A stretch of DNA of 64,000 nucleotides, taken from Acetobacteraceae bacterium. GTDB taxonomy: Bacteria; Pseudomonadota; Alphaproteobacteria; Acetobacterales; Acetobacteraceae. The stretch spans positions 19,818 through 83,817 of the forward strand of contig CBDCAI010000007.1 of NCBI GenBank assembly GCA_965213845.1, written 5' to 3'. Positions 55,553 through 64,000 of the stretch are shown in pieces (within the stretch, counting starts at the first letter, position 1; each line of letters opens with the position of its first letter). A model generated the notes under the pieces. It was given only the letters and a program-made list of their open reading frames with translations. It did no database searches and was not told where the DNA came from. Made by a program: the position numbers and the translations under genes.

Positions 55553-56077
55553 CTACTTGATGAGGGCCACCGCGGCGCGGAACCGCGGATGGCGCGCCGT
55601 CCCCACCCACTCGAACACCACCATCTCCGTCGTCACCAGCGCCGCCCCGTGCGCCGCCATCCGCGCCAGCGCCGCCGCCTTGCTCTCGGCACGGCGGCTG
55701 CCCACCGCATCCTGCACGACAAAGACGCGGCGCCCGGCCTCCAGCAGGCCCAGCACCGTCTGCAGCACGCAGACATGCGCCTCGCACCCCGCCACCACCA
55801 GGTCGGGCGCGGCCGGCAGCGCGGCCAGGCCCCCGTCGCGGCAGGCGTCAAAGCTCATCTTGTGCAGCACCCTGCCCCCGGCCAGCGCCGGCACCGTGCT
55901 GCCGAGCCCTTCGGCATTCTGCTCGGTCAGCAGCGCCGGCACGTCCAGCAGCGCCGCCGCGTCCAGCAGCCGCCGTGCATTCGCCACCGCTGCCGCGCCC
56001 TGGTCGATGGCGGGCATCAGGCGCGTCTGGAAGTCCACCACCAGCAGCGCCGACCGCGCCCGGTCCATCGTCGGCAT
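55553..56077 (-). CDS. isochorismatase-family hydrolase
   Basis: ATG at 56077. ALLVVDFQ motif and a conserved Cys context (VVAGCEAHVCV). Confidence 0.7.
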   Translation of the reverse strand: MPTMDRARSALLVVDFQTRLMPAIDQGAAAVANARRLLDAAALLDVPALLTEQNAEGLGSTVPALAGGRVLHKMSFDACRDGGLAALPAAPDLVVAGCEAHVCVLQTVLGLLEAGRRVFVVQDAVGSRRAESKAAALARMAAHGAALVTTEMVVFEWVGTARHPRFRAAVALIK

Positions 56078-56153
56078 CGCATGACCCCTTCGTATGCCCG
56101 TGCTATAGGCGGAACGCCCGCTCCGCAGAAGCCGGCATCGAGGACATCCGCCC

Positions 56154-57674
56154 ATGCTCATGACGTCGGCCGACTACCGCGAGTCCCTGCGCGCCTACAG
56201 CCCCCGCGTGTTCGTCAACGGCCAGGCGGTCGAGAGCGTCGCCGACGCGCCGTCGCTGGCCCCCGGCGTCAACGCGGTCGGCATCACCTACGACCTGGCG
56301 CACCAGGCGCCGCACCAGGCCCTCATGACGGCGCGGCAGGGCACGTCCGGCAAGACCGTCAACCGCATGCTGCACATCGACGAGACCACGGACGACCTGC
56401 TGAAGAAGCTGGAGGCCGTGCGCCTCGTGTGCCGGATCAGCGGCTGCGCCCAGCGCTACCTGACCCACGACGCCTTCAACGGCATCTTCCAGGCCACCCA
56501 CCGCACCGACGCGGCGCACGGCACCGACTACGGCCAGCGCTTCCGGGCCTACATGCACACCGTGCAGGACCAGGACCTGACGCTGGGCATCGCCATGACG
56601 GACGCGAAGGGCGACCGGTCCCGCCGACCCGGCCAGCAGTCCAACGCCGACGTCTACGTGCACATCAGCGAACGCCGGCCGGACGGCATCGTCATCCGCG
56701 GCACCAAGGCCATCGTCACCGGCGCGCCTTACATGCACGGCTTCCTCGTCATGCCCTGCCGCACCCACACGGCCGAGGACGCCGCCTTCGCCGTCTGCTG
56801 CGCCGTGCCGGTCGATGCGCCCGGCGTCACCATCGTCGCCCGCCCCGCCGGCCGCCCGAACGAGGCCGCGGCCAAGTTCAGCGCGAAATACGGCCAGTCC
56901 ACCGGGGTCGTGATCTTCGACGACGTCTTCGTCCCGCACGACCGCGTCTTCCTGGCCGGCGAGACGGAGCAGGGCGGGTTCCTCACCACCACCTACGCCA
57001 CGCACCACCGTCATTCCTGCATCGGCGCCCGGGCCGGCTTCGGCGACCTGCTGATCGGCGCCGGGGCGCTGATGACCGAGGCGAACGGCCTCGACCCAGA
57101 CCGCGTCGGCCACGTGCGCGACGCACTGGTGGAGCTGATCACGATCACGGAGGGCTTCTACGCCTGCGGTATCGCCAGCTCGGTCCATGGCACGCAGGAC
57201 CCGGCCGGCTCGATCATGCCGGACGCCGTCTTCTCCAACATCGGCAAGCTGCTGCTGGCCACCAAGATCTACGACATGCATCGCCTGGCCCACTACGTCT
57301 CGGGCGGACTCATCGTCGCCCTCCCCGGCCCCGACGAGGACCACAACCCCGAAACCGCCGCCTCGCTCTCCGCCGTGCTGGCCGGCCGCGCCGACATCCC
57401 GGCCGAACAGCGGCTCGAGGTGTCGCGACTCATCGAGGACCTCACGGTGTCGCACCAGGCGGGCTGGTACTCCGTCATCTCGCTGCATGGCGGCGGCTCG
57501 CCCGAGGCGATGAAGCGCGAGATCTGGCGCAACTACCCCGTCATGGAGAAAAAGGCGCTGGTCGAGACGCTGCTGAACCGCGGCATCGCCGCCGACGGCA
57601 CCCGCCCCGACAAGCAGCCCGGCCGCTGCTGCGCCACCGGCTGCGAAACGCCCCTGGCCAACGCCGCCGAGTGA
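56154..57674 (+). CDS. 4-hydroxybutyryl-CoA dehydratase/vinylacetyl-CoA isomerase (AbfD) / 4-HPA 3-hydroxylase-fold family protein
   Basis: 506 aa. N-terminus SADYRESLRAYSPRVFVNG; other motifs GIAMTDAKGDRS and IRGTKAIVTGAPYMH. Recognised by family resemblance. Confidence 0.6.
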   Translation: MLMTSADYRESLRAYSPRVFVNGQAVESVADAPSLAPGVNAVGITYDLAHQAPHQALMTARQGTSGKTVNRMLHIDETTDDLLKKLEAVRLVCRISGCAQRYLTHDAFNGIFQATHRTDAAHGTDYGQRFRAYMHTVQDQDLTLGIAMTDAKGDRSRRPGQQSNADVYVHISERRPDGIVIRGTKAIVTGAPYMHGFLVMPCRTHTAEDAAFAVCCAVPVDAPGVTIVARPAGRPNEAAAKFSAKYGQSTGVVIFDDVFVPHDRVFLAGETEQGGFLTTTYATHHRHSCIGARAGFGDLLIGAGALMTEANGLDPDRVGHVRDALVELITITEGFYACGIASSVHGTQDPAGSIMPDAVFSNIGKLLLATKIYDMHRLAHYVSGGLIVALPGPDEDHNPETAASLSAVLAGRADIPAEQRLEVSRLIEDLTVSHQAGWYSVISLHGGGSPEAMKREIWRNYPVMEKKALVETLLNRGIAADGTRPDKQPGRCCATGCETPLANAAE

Positions 57675-59617
57675 CCCGCTCCCCCTTCGACAAGACGCTG
57701 CGCGCCCCCACCGTGACCTACGCCGCCATCTATGCCGCCTGGCAGGCCGACCCCGACGCGTTCTGGCTGGACGCGGCCCGCGCCATCGACTGGGTCATTC
57801 CCCCCACCGCGGCGTTCGACCCCGGACAGGGCGCGTATGGCCGGTGGTTCCCCGGAGCCACCTGCAACACCTGCCACAACGCCGTCGACCGCCACGTGGC
57901 CGCCGGGCACGGCGCGCGGGCGGCGCTGATCCACGACAGCCCCGTCACCCATGCGAAGCGGACCCTGTCATACGACGACCTGTTGACCGAGGTGCAGGCC
58001 TGCGCCCGCATGCTCCGCGAGCTGGGCGTTGGCCAGGGCGACCGCGTGCTCATCTACATGCCCATGGTGCCCGAGGCCGTCATCGGCATGCTCGCCTGCG
58101 CCCGGCTCGGCGCCGTCCACTCCGTCGTCTTCGGCGGGTTCGCCGCCCCGGAGCTCGCCACCCGCATCGACGACGCGACCCCCCACGCCATCCTGTCCGC
58201 CTCCTGCGGGATCGAGCCCAGCCGGGTCGTCGCCTACAAGCCGCTGCTGGACGAGGCGATCGCCCTCGCCCGGCACAAGCCCGCCGCCTGCATCGTGCTG
58301 CAGCGCCCGCAGCTGCAGGCCAGCCTGCATCCCGGCCGCGACCACGACTGGGCCGCCCTGCGTGCCGCTGCCCTCGCCGAACGCCGCACGGTGCCCTGCG
58401 TGCCCGTCGCGGCCACCGACCCGCTCTATATCCTGTACACCTCCGGCACCACGGGTCGGCCCAAAGGCGTCATCCGCGACAATGGCGGCCACATGGTCGC
58501 CCTGCGCTGGACCATGGACGCCATCTACGCCACCGCCCCCGGCGAGGTGTTCTGGGCCGCATCCGACGTCGGCTGGGTCGTCGGCCACAGCTACATCGTC
58601 TATGCCCCGCTGCTGGCCGGCTGCACCACCCTTCTGTACGAGGGCAAGCCCGTCGGCACGCCCGATGCCGGTTCGTTCTGGCGCGTGGTGGCCGACCACC
58701 GCGTCCGCACCCTGTTCACCGCACCCACCGCCTTGCGCGCCATCCGCAAGCAGGATCCGGACGCCCTGCTGCTGGCCGGCCACGACATCTCCTGCCTCCG
58801 CGCCCTGTTCCTGGCCGGCGAGCGGGCCGACCCCGACACGCTCCGCTGGGCCGAGCGCACCCTGCGCGTGCCCGTCATCGACCACTGGTGGCAGACGGAG
58901 ACCGGCTGGTCCATCGCCGCCAACCCGCTCGGCCTGGGCACGCTGCCCGTGAAGGCGGGCTCGCCCACCGTGCCGATGCCGGGCTACGAGGTCGCGGTGC
59001 TCGACCCCGATGCGAAGCCCGTCCCTTGCGGCGAAATGGGCACCATCGCCCTCCGCCTGCCCCTGCCCCCCGGCGCATTGCCGACGCTGTGGAACGCCGA
59101 ACAGCGCTTCCACGACAGCTACCTCGCCGAGTTCCCCGGCTGGTATTCCACCGCGGACGCCGCGTTCATGGACGCGGACGGCTACCTGTTCGTCATGGGC
59201 CGCACCGACGACGTCATCAACGTCGCCGGCCACCGCCTCAGCACGGGCGCGATGGAGGAGGTCGTGGCCCTGCACCCAGCCGTCGCCGAATGCGCCGTGA
59301 TCGGCGTGCACGACGCGCTGAAGGGCGAGACCCCCTGCGGCTTCGTCATCCTGAAGGACGGCGCACCGGGCACGCACGCCGCCATCGCCGCCGAGATCGT
59401 CCGCCTGGTTCGCGACACCATCGGCCCGGTCGCCGCCTTCCAGCGGGTCGTGGTCGTGGATCGCCTGCCCAAGACGCGGTCCGGCAAGATCCTGCGCGCC
59501 ACCATGCGCCGCATCGTCCAGAACGAGCCCTACACCCCGCCGGCCACCATCGAGGACCCTGCCGCGCTGGACGAGATCGCCCGCGCCGCCCATCTGCTGG
59601 CGAACCCGCCGCCCTGA
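57671..59617 (+). CDS. propionate--CoA ligase-like acyl-CoA synthetase (AMP-forming, Acs/PrpE family)
   Basis: GTGA overlap with the upstream gene. AMP-binding motifs YTSGTTGRPKG, WWQTETG and RTDDVINVAGHRL, and C-terminal PKTRSGKILR. The preceding part of ORF 55589..59617 is an artefact. Confidence 0.8.
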   Translation: MTRSPFDKTLRAPTVTYAAIYAAWQADPDAFWLDAARAIDWVIPPTAAFDPGQGAYGRWFPGATCNTCHNAVDRHVAAGHGARAALIHDSPVTHAKRTLSYDDLLTEVQACARMLRELGVGQGDRVLIYMPMVPEAVIGMLACARLGAVHSVVFGGFAAPELATRIDDATPHAILSASCGIEPSRVVAYKPLLDEAIALARHKPAACIVLQRPQLQASLHPGRDHDWAALRAAALAERRTVPCVPVAATDPLYILYTSGTTGRPKGVIRDNGGHMVALRWTMDAIYATAPGEVFWAASDVGWVVGHSYIVYAPLLAGCTTLLYEGKPVGTPDAGSFWRVVADHRVRTLFTAPTALRAIRKQDPDALLLAGHDISCLRALFLAGERADPDTLRWAERTLRVPVIDHWWQTETGWSIAANPLGLGTLPVKAGSPTVPMPGYEVAVLDPDAKPVPCGEMGTIALRLPLPPGALPTLWNAEQRFHDSYLAEFPGWYSTADAAFMDADGYLFVMGRTDDVINVAGHRLSTGAMEEVVALHPAVAECAVIGVHDALKGETPCGFVILKDGAPGTHAAIAAEIVRLVRDTIGPVAAFQRVVVVDRLPKTRSGKILRATMRRIVQNEPYTPPATIEDPAALDEIARAAHLLANPPP

Positions 59618-59626
59618 CGGGTGCGC

Positions 59627-59770
59627 TCAGAAGTCGGTGCAGCGACCCTTCTGTTCCCAATCGCCGAAGCGGGTCGGCTCCGGACCCTTGGGGCCGCCGA
59701 TCTCCTTGGGCAGAACGGGCGCCTTCGGTGCGGGGGTCTCGTTGGGCTCGGGCGGGGTCGCGTCATCCAT
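59627..59770 (-). CDS. DUF1674 (SDHAF4-like) small protein, 47 aa; absent from the ORF track
   Basis: Hand translation gives MDDATPPEPNETPAPKAPVLPKEIGGPKGPEPTRFGDWEQKGRCTDF. The C-terminal EIGGPKGPEPTR(F/Y)GDWE.KGRC.DF is the DUF1674 signature. Confidence 0.7.
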   Translation of the reverse strand: MDDATPPEPNETPAPKAPVLPKEIGGPKGPEPTRFGDWEQKGRCTDF

Positions 59771-60956
59771 GGACGACAGATGGGGGCCGCCGCAGCACGC
59801 GCCAGAGCCATAATGTCAGAAGCATGATCCCTGCGGCGTCGGTCAGGAACGCCGTCCCATAGCCGAAGCGGGCGATCATGCCGCTGACGGTCAGCGCGCC
59901 GACGCTCTGCCCCAGGAACAGCAGGCATGCGAAGGTCGCCACCGCGGTGGCCCGCGACTGCGGCAGGATCTCGGTCGCCTGCGCCTGCAGCACCCCGTGC
60001 AGCATGAAGAACCCCAGGCCGAGCATCAGCTCCAGCACCACGAAGGGGCCCCAGGCCGGGCTCGCCACCGCTAGAGAAAGGGCGGTCGCCATCATCGTGC
60101 CGCCGCCCAGCGCCATGCCGCCCTCGCCCAGCCGGGGCAGCAGCCAGGAGGCGAGCCGTGTGTACAGGAACGACCCTACGCCGAAGCAGGCCAGCACCCC
60201 GCCCACATGGGCGTAGTTCAGGCCGAACCTCTCGTGCAGGTAGGGCGCCAGGAACGGGAAGCACCCGATGAACAGCATGCCGTCCAGCGCCGCCGCGATC
60301 AGCACCAGGCGCCCGGTCGGGTGGCGCGACATGGCGGCGTAGTTCTCCGGCCTGAACATCCGGCCCGGCCGCCTGGGGTCGGGCAGCCCGCGCACCCGCC
60401 AGGCAAAGGCCGCCGCCACGCCCACGGCCAGCAGGCCCAGCAGCACGAACACCCCGCGCCAACCGATATACTGCCCGAACACGCCGCCGACCGGCCCCGC
60501 CAGCACCTGCGCCAGCACGATCCCGGTCAGGAACCGGCTCAGCGTTACCTGCCGCTGCTCGTACGGGACGGAATCGCCGATATAGGCCATGCCCACCGGG
60601 ATGATCCCGGCGCTGGACGCCCCAGCGAACGCCCGCAGCACCGCCAGCCCCGGCAGGTCGCTGGCCAGCGCGCAGGCGGCGGTGAACAGCGCATAGAACA
60701 CCAGCGAACACAGGATGACCCGCAGCTTGCCGAAGCGGTCGCCGAACGGGCCCAGCACCAGCTGGTTCAGCCCGTACGGCAACGTGAACGCGGCGATCAC
60801 CAGCCACAGATCGGTCACGTTCACCTGAAAATCGACAGCGATGGCGTGCAGCACCGGGTCGACCACCCGCGTCCCCGCCGAGGACAGGAACCCGGCCATC
60901 GCCAGCAGGCCGAGCGGGATGGCCGTCTTGCCTGGCTTCTCCGCCCCCACCCTCAT
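59763..60956 (-). CDS. MFS transporter
   Basis: 12-TM profile. GDRFGKLRV motif after TM2. Its stop overlaps the DUF1674 start by 8 nt. Confidence 0.8.
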   Translation of the reverse strand: MRVGAEKPGKTAIPLGLLAMAGFLSSAGTRVVDPVLHAIAVDFQVNVTDLWLVIAAFTLPYGLNQLVLGPFGDRFGKLRVILCSLVFYALFTAACALASDLPGLAVLRAFAGASSAGIIPVGMAYIGDSVPYEQRQVTLSRFLTGIVLAQVLAGPVGGVFGQYIGWRGVFVLLGLLAVGVAAAFAWRVRGLPDPRRPGRMFRPENYAAMSRHPTGRLVLIAAALDGMLFIGCFPFLAPYLHERFGLNYAHVGGVLACFGVGSFLYTRLASWLLPRLGEGGMALGGGTMMATALSLAVASPAWGPFVVLELMLGLGFFMLHGVLQAQATEILPQSRATAVATFACLLFLGQSVGALTVSGMIARFGYGTAFLTDAAGIMLLTLWLWRVLRRPPSVVHG

Positions 60957-60983
60957 GGCGCCGGCCTCACGGCGCCACCTGCG

Positions 60984-62144
60984 TCAAACCGGGCGCGCTT
61001 TGCGGCTTTCCGTCCGCAGCTGGCCGCAGGCGGCCAGGATGTCCTGACCGCGCGGCGCACGGATGGGGCTCGCGAACCCGGCCTCGGAGATGATCGCCGC
61101 GAACCGCCCGAGCTGCTCGCGGGTGCTGGGCAGGTAGGCGCTGCCGGGCCACGGGTTGAACGGGATGAGGTTGACCTTGGCCGGGATGCCGGCGATCAGC
61201 TGCACCAGCGCCCGCGCCTCCGTCTCGCTGTCGTTCACGCCGCGCAGCATGACGTACTCGAAGGTGATCCGCCGCGCGTTGCTGGCCCCGGGGTAGCGCC
61301 GGCAGGCCGCGATCAGCTCGGCGATCGGGTATTTGCGGTTCAGCGGCACGATCTCGTCGCGCAGCGCGTCGGTCACGGCATGCAGGCTGACGGCCAGGTT
61401 GACGCCCAGCTCCGCCCCGCAGCGGTCCATCATCGGCACCACGCCCGAGGTGCTGAGCGTGATCCGCCGCCGCGACAGGCCGATCCCCTCGTTGTCCATG
61501 ACGATCCGCATCGCCTTGGCCACGTTCTCGTAATTGTACAGCGGCTCGCCCATGCCCATCAGCACGATCGTGCTCAGCAGCCGCGGCGTCTCGCCCCGCG
61601 GGCTCGGCCACTCGCCATAGCCGTCGCGCGCCGCCATGAACTGGCCGACGATCTCGGGCGCGCCCAGGTTGCGCACCAGCGTCTGCGTCCCGGTATGGCA
61701 GAACCGGCACGACAGGGTACAGCCCACCTGGCTGCTGATGCACACGGCACCGCGGTCCTCGTGCCGATCGGGGATGTAGACGGTTTCCGCCTCCTGCCCG
61801 TCGCGGAAGCGGAACAGCCATTTGCGCGTCTCGTCGGACGAGGTCTGCACCGTGGCCACCTCGGGCCGGCCCACCACGAACCGCTCCGCCAGGCGCTGCT
61901 GCAGCGGGCGCGCGATGCTGGACATCAGGCCGAAGTCGGTGACGCCCTGGTGGTAGATCCAGTGCCAGAGCTGCTTGGCGCGGAAGGCCTTCTCGCCGAT
62001 CGCCTCCAGCTCGGCCACCAGCTCCTCGCGCGTCAGGCCCACAAGCTCCCGCCGGCCATCGGGCAGCTGGACGGGCGGCGGGTTGAACAGGGCGGACTTC
62101 GCCAGCACCCGGTCGCGCTCGGCAGCCGTCAGCAACGCGTTCAT
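60984..62144 (-). CDS. rlmN: 23S rRNA (adenine2503-C2)/tRNA methyltransferase, radical SAM
   Basis: FRAKQLWHWIY, radical-SAM CTLSCRFCHTG, and C-terminal RGQDILAACGQL. Confidence 0.9.
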   Translation of the reverse strand: MNALLTAAERDRVLAKSALFNPPPVQLPDGRRELVGLTREELVAELEAIGEKAFRAKQLWHWIYHQGVTDFGLMSSIARPLQQRLAERFVVGRPEVATVQTSSDETRKWLFRFRDGQEAETVYIPDRHEDRGAVCISSQVGCTLSCRFCHTGTQTLVRNLGAPEIVGQFMAARDGYGEWPSPRGETPRLLSTIVLMGMGEPLYNYENVAKAMRIVMDNEGIGLSRRRITLSTSGVVPMMDRCGAELGVNLAVSLHAVTDALRDEIVPLNRKYPIAELIAACRRYPGASNARRITFEYVMLRGVNDSETEARALVQLIAGIPAKVNLIPFNPWPGSAYLPSTREQLGRFAAIISEAGFASPIRAPRGQDILAACGQLRTESRKARPV

Positions 62145-62174
62145 CGGATGCGGCCCGGGTTCATGCGCCCGGGC

Positions 62175-62744
62175 TCATTTGGCGGGGCAGGCCTTGTTGA
62201 TGGCGGCATACGCCAGCGAGAAGCCGCGCAGGCTGAACGTGTCCGTCACCGTGGCGGCCTTCGGCCCCGGGGACCGCATCACCGCCTGCCGCCCCTTGTC
62301 GAAGGCTGCGGTCACGGCGTGCCCGTCGCGCGCGAAGGCCGAGCGGCCGGCCGTGTAGAAGGGCAGCTCCGTCTTGTCCACCGTCAGCTGCACCTCGGCA
62401 TTGGCCTGGTAAGGGAAGCCCGCGCTGAGCGCCACCGCATCGCGCCCGCTGGGCCGCTGCGTCACCGTCAGCACCACGTCGCCCCGCCCGGGCACCGCAG
62501 GCCCCGAGGACTGAACCCGCGTGAACGCGTAACACACCGCCTGCCCGGCCTCCGCATGCGTCGCAGCTATCCAGTCGTCGAACTTGCCGATCGACTTGGC
62601 GGCGTTGGCCGACGGCCGGCTGGGCGGCTTGGCCGCGGCGTGCGGCGGCCGGGTCTGCGCCTGCGCGGCGCCGGACGCGGGTGCCCGAACGGCGGGGAAG
62701 GTGGCAAGCACGGTGCCCGCCAGAAGGATCAGGTGTGGTCGCAT
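62175..62744 (-). CDS. invasion-associated locus B (IalB)-family periplasmic protein
   Basis: ATG at 62744 with a signal peptide. GKFDDWIAA...AVCYAF and a C-terminal conserved Cys (INKACPAK). The common alphaproteobacterial neighbourhood next to rlmN also supports the call. Confidence 0.55.
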   Translation of the reverse strand: MRPHLILLAGTVLATFPAVRAPASGAAQAQTRPPHAAAKPPSRPSANAAKSIGKFDDWIAATHAEAGQAVCYAFTRVQSSGPAVPGRGDVVLTVTQRPSGRDAVALSAGFPYQANAEVQLTVDKTELPFYTAGRSAFARDGHAVTAAFDKGRQAVMRSPGPKAATVTDTFSLRGFSLAYAAINKACPAK

Positions 62745-62786
62745 GCCGCGAGAGATACGGCGGCCCCTGCCGCAGGACAAGGCGAG

Positions 62787-63347
62787 CTATCGCCAATCCG
62801 GTATGTGCCGCCGGAACACGGGGTCGCCATGCCCCTCCGCCGCCGGCAGCGCCTGGGCCGGCCCGCCGCTGGCCACCGGCCGGTCCGCGAAGCGCCCATG
62901 CTGGAGCAGCCGGTCGTACAGCACGAGCGCCCCCGCCACGGCCAGGTTCAGGGCGAACCGCGTCGGGATGCGCACCACGTGCCGGCACCGCGCCAGCATG
63001 GCGGCCGACAGCCCGGACCGCTCGGGCCCCAGCACGTAGGCCGCGTTCAACGGATGCCGGAACGAGGGCAGGTCCGCCGCCTCGTCCAGCAGTTCCACCC
63101 CCACCAGCACGCAGCCCTGCGGCAAGGCGAGCGCGGCCGGGTCCGCGAAGCGCCACAGCGGCACTTGGGCCGGCGTGTCCGCCGTGTCGGCCGCGCGCGA
63201 CGCCCTCGCATCCCACCCCGCCGCCACGGTGAAGCAGAACGACGCGCCGAACGCGTGCCCGGTCCGCAGCAGCGCGCCCATGTTGGCCGATTTGGACACG
63301 CCCTCCGCGCCCAGCCCGAAATAACCCCGTGATCTCGCCACCTGCAT
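62787..63347 (-). CDS. SpoU/TrmH-family RNA 2-prime-O-methyltransferase
   Basis: Start MQVARSRGYFGLGAEGVSKSANMGALLRTGHAFGASF. The C-terminal knot region is YVLGPERSGLS...IPT...LNLAVAGALVLYD. Confidence 0.7.
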   Translation of the reverse strand: MQVARSRGYFGLGAEGVSKSANMGALLRTGHAFGASFCFTVAAGWDARASRAADTADTPAQVPLWRFADPAALALPQGCVLVGVELLDEAADLPSFRHPLNAAYVLGPERSGLSAAMLARCRHVVRIPTRFALNLAVAGALVLYDRLLQHGRFADRPVASGGPAQALPAAEGHGDPVFRRHIPDWR

Positions 63348-63369
63348 GAGGGCGGGATATGCCTTCGCC

Positions 63370-64000
63370 ATGCCGAGCACAACCGATACCGGACCAGATC
63401 CGACCGACGAGACCGACGCGCGGCTGGCGGCCCAGTACGAGGCCTACCCCTATCCGGCCCGCGACCCGCGCGACGAAGCCCGGCGCCTGATCATCGGCAG
63501 CCCCAGCCACCTGCGGGAGATCGACCACTGGGTCTTCGCCGCCGCCCGCCCGCGCACCCGCCCGCTGCGCGCCCTGTTCGCCGGCGGCGGCACCGGCGAC
63601 GCCACCATCATGCTGGCGCAGCAGATGGCCCGGGACGGACCGGCCGGGCAGCGTGACGCTGGCTGGACCGGCGGCGCCGCCGCTGCAGTCCGTCGCCCGC
63701 GCCCGCGCCGTGGCACGCGGGCTCGACCATCGACTTCCGCCAGGGCAGCAGCTCGCTGCTGGACCTGGCCGGCAGCGGCCTCGGCCCGTTCGACTACATC
63801 GACTGCTGCGGCGTGCTGCACCACCTGCCCGACCCGGCCGCCGGGCTGCGCGCGCTGCTCTCGGTGCTGGCGCCGGGCGGGGGTCTCGGCCTGATGGTCT
63901 ATGCGCCGCATGGCCGCACCGGCGTCTACATGCTGCAGGACGCCCTGCGCCGCCTGGCCCCCGCGGACATGCCGCCCCCCGCCCGGCTCGACATCGCGCG
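63370..64000 (+). pseudogene. class I SAM-dependent methyltransferase, reading frame apparently disrupted twice; 3-prime end outside the window
   Basis: Motif I (LFAGGGTGD) is in the frame of ORF 63346. SVARARAVARGLD is in the +1 frame (about 63650-63727). IDFRQGS...FDYIDCCGVLHHLPDP...GGGLGLMVYAPHGRTGVY is in the +2 frame from 63729 to the window end. Confidence 0.45.

Overview
This is a ~64-kb, roughly 70% GC chromosomal segment. Gene content (UrtB with a long N-terminal extension, Bug/TctC binding protein, DUF1674, IalB-rlmN neighbourhood, a 'GHD'-type REP hairpin) points to an alphaproteobacterium, possibly Rhodospirillales/Acetobacteraceae. That placement is inference only. All family calls come from reading the supplied translations and DNA by eye; no searches were run.

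I support about 58 protein genes, one tRNA-Val(CAC), one small unlisted ORF (DUF1674) and one apparently frame-disrupted methyltransferase. I found no rRNA, CRISPR array, transposase, integrase or prophage genes.

Layout:
- 0-9 kb: an LLM monooxygenase, a family-5 binding protein, a creatininase-family gene and the urea ABC transporter urtABCDE. urtA is preceded by a perfect sigma-54 -24/-12 promoter.
- 9-21.7 kb: DUF218, a CelD-like GNAT, MAPEG, TctC, aroQ, and a ketogluconate/idonate/KDG catabolic cluster (MFS, kdgK, eda, idnD-like, gluconate-5-dehydrogenase-like) that includes an ABC importer with no ATPase genes.
- 21.7-46.4 kb: the outstanding feature, a near-complete exosortase A (XrtA)/PEP-CTERM exopolysaccharide locus in three translationally coupled blocks. 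It holds PrsK/PrsR/PrsT regulators, a priming sugar transferase, a BY-kinase-like protein with a proline-rich repeat insertion, an uncharacterised Q/N-rich outer-membrane protein, an ExeA-like ATPase, a deacetylase, a FemAB-like protein, glycosyltransferases, an XrtA-EpsI fusion, a Wza-like exporter and a chain-length determinant. A GDP-D-glycero-alpha-D-manno-heptose pathway (gmhA, hddC-gmhB fusion, hddA) is embedded in it. An epimerase-glmS-glmU block lies directly upstream of the third block on the same strand.
- 49.5-64 kb: housekeeping and miscellaneous genes (gph, DUF3108, tRNA-Val, M20 peptidase, GGDEF-EAL, AbfD-like plus PrpE-like pair, DUF1674, MFS, rlmN, IalB, SpoU).

The window contains no Wzx, no Wzy and no PEP-CTERM substrate. 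The 0.5-kb divergent control region of the EPS locus carries direct-repeat arrays, a G-quadruplex-type motif and a candidate sigma-54 promoter that would link PrsR to the xrtA operon.
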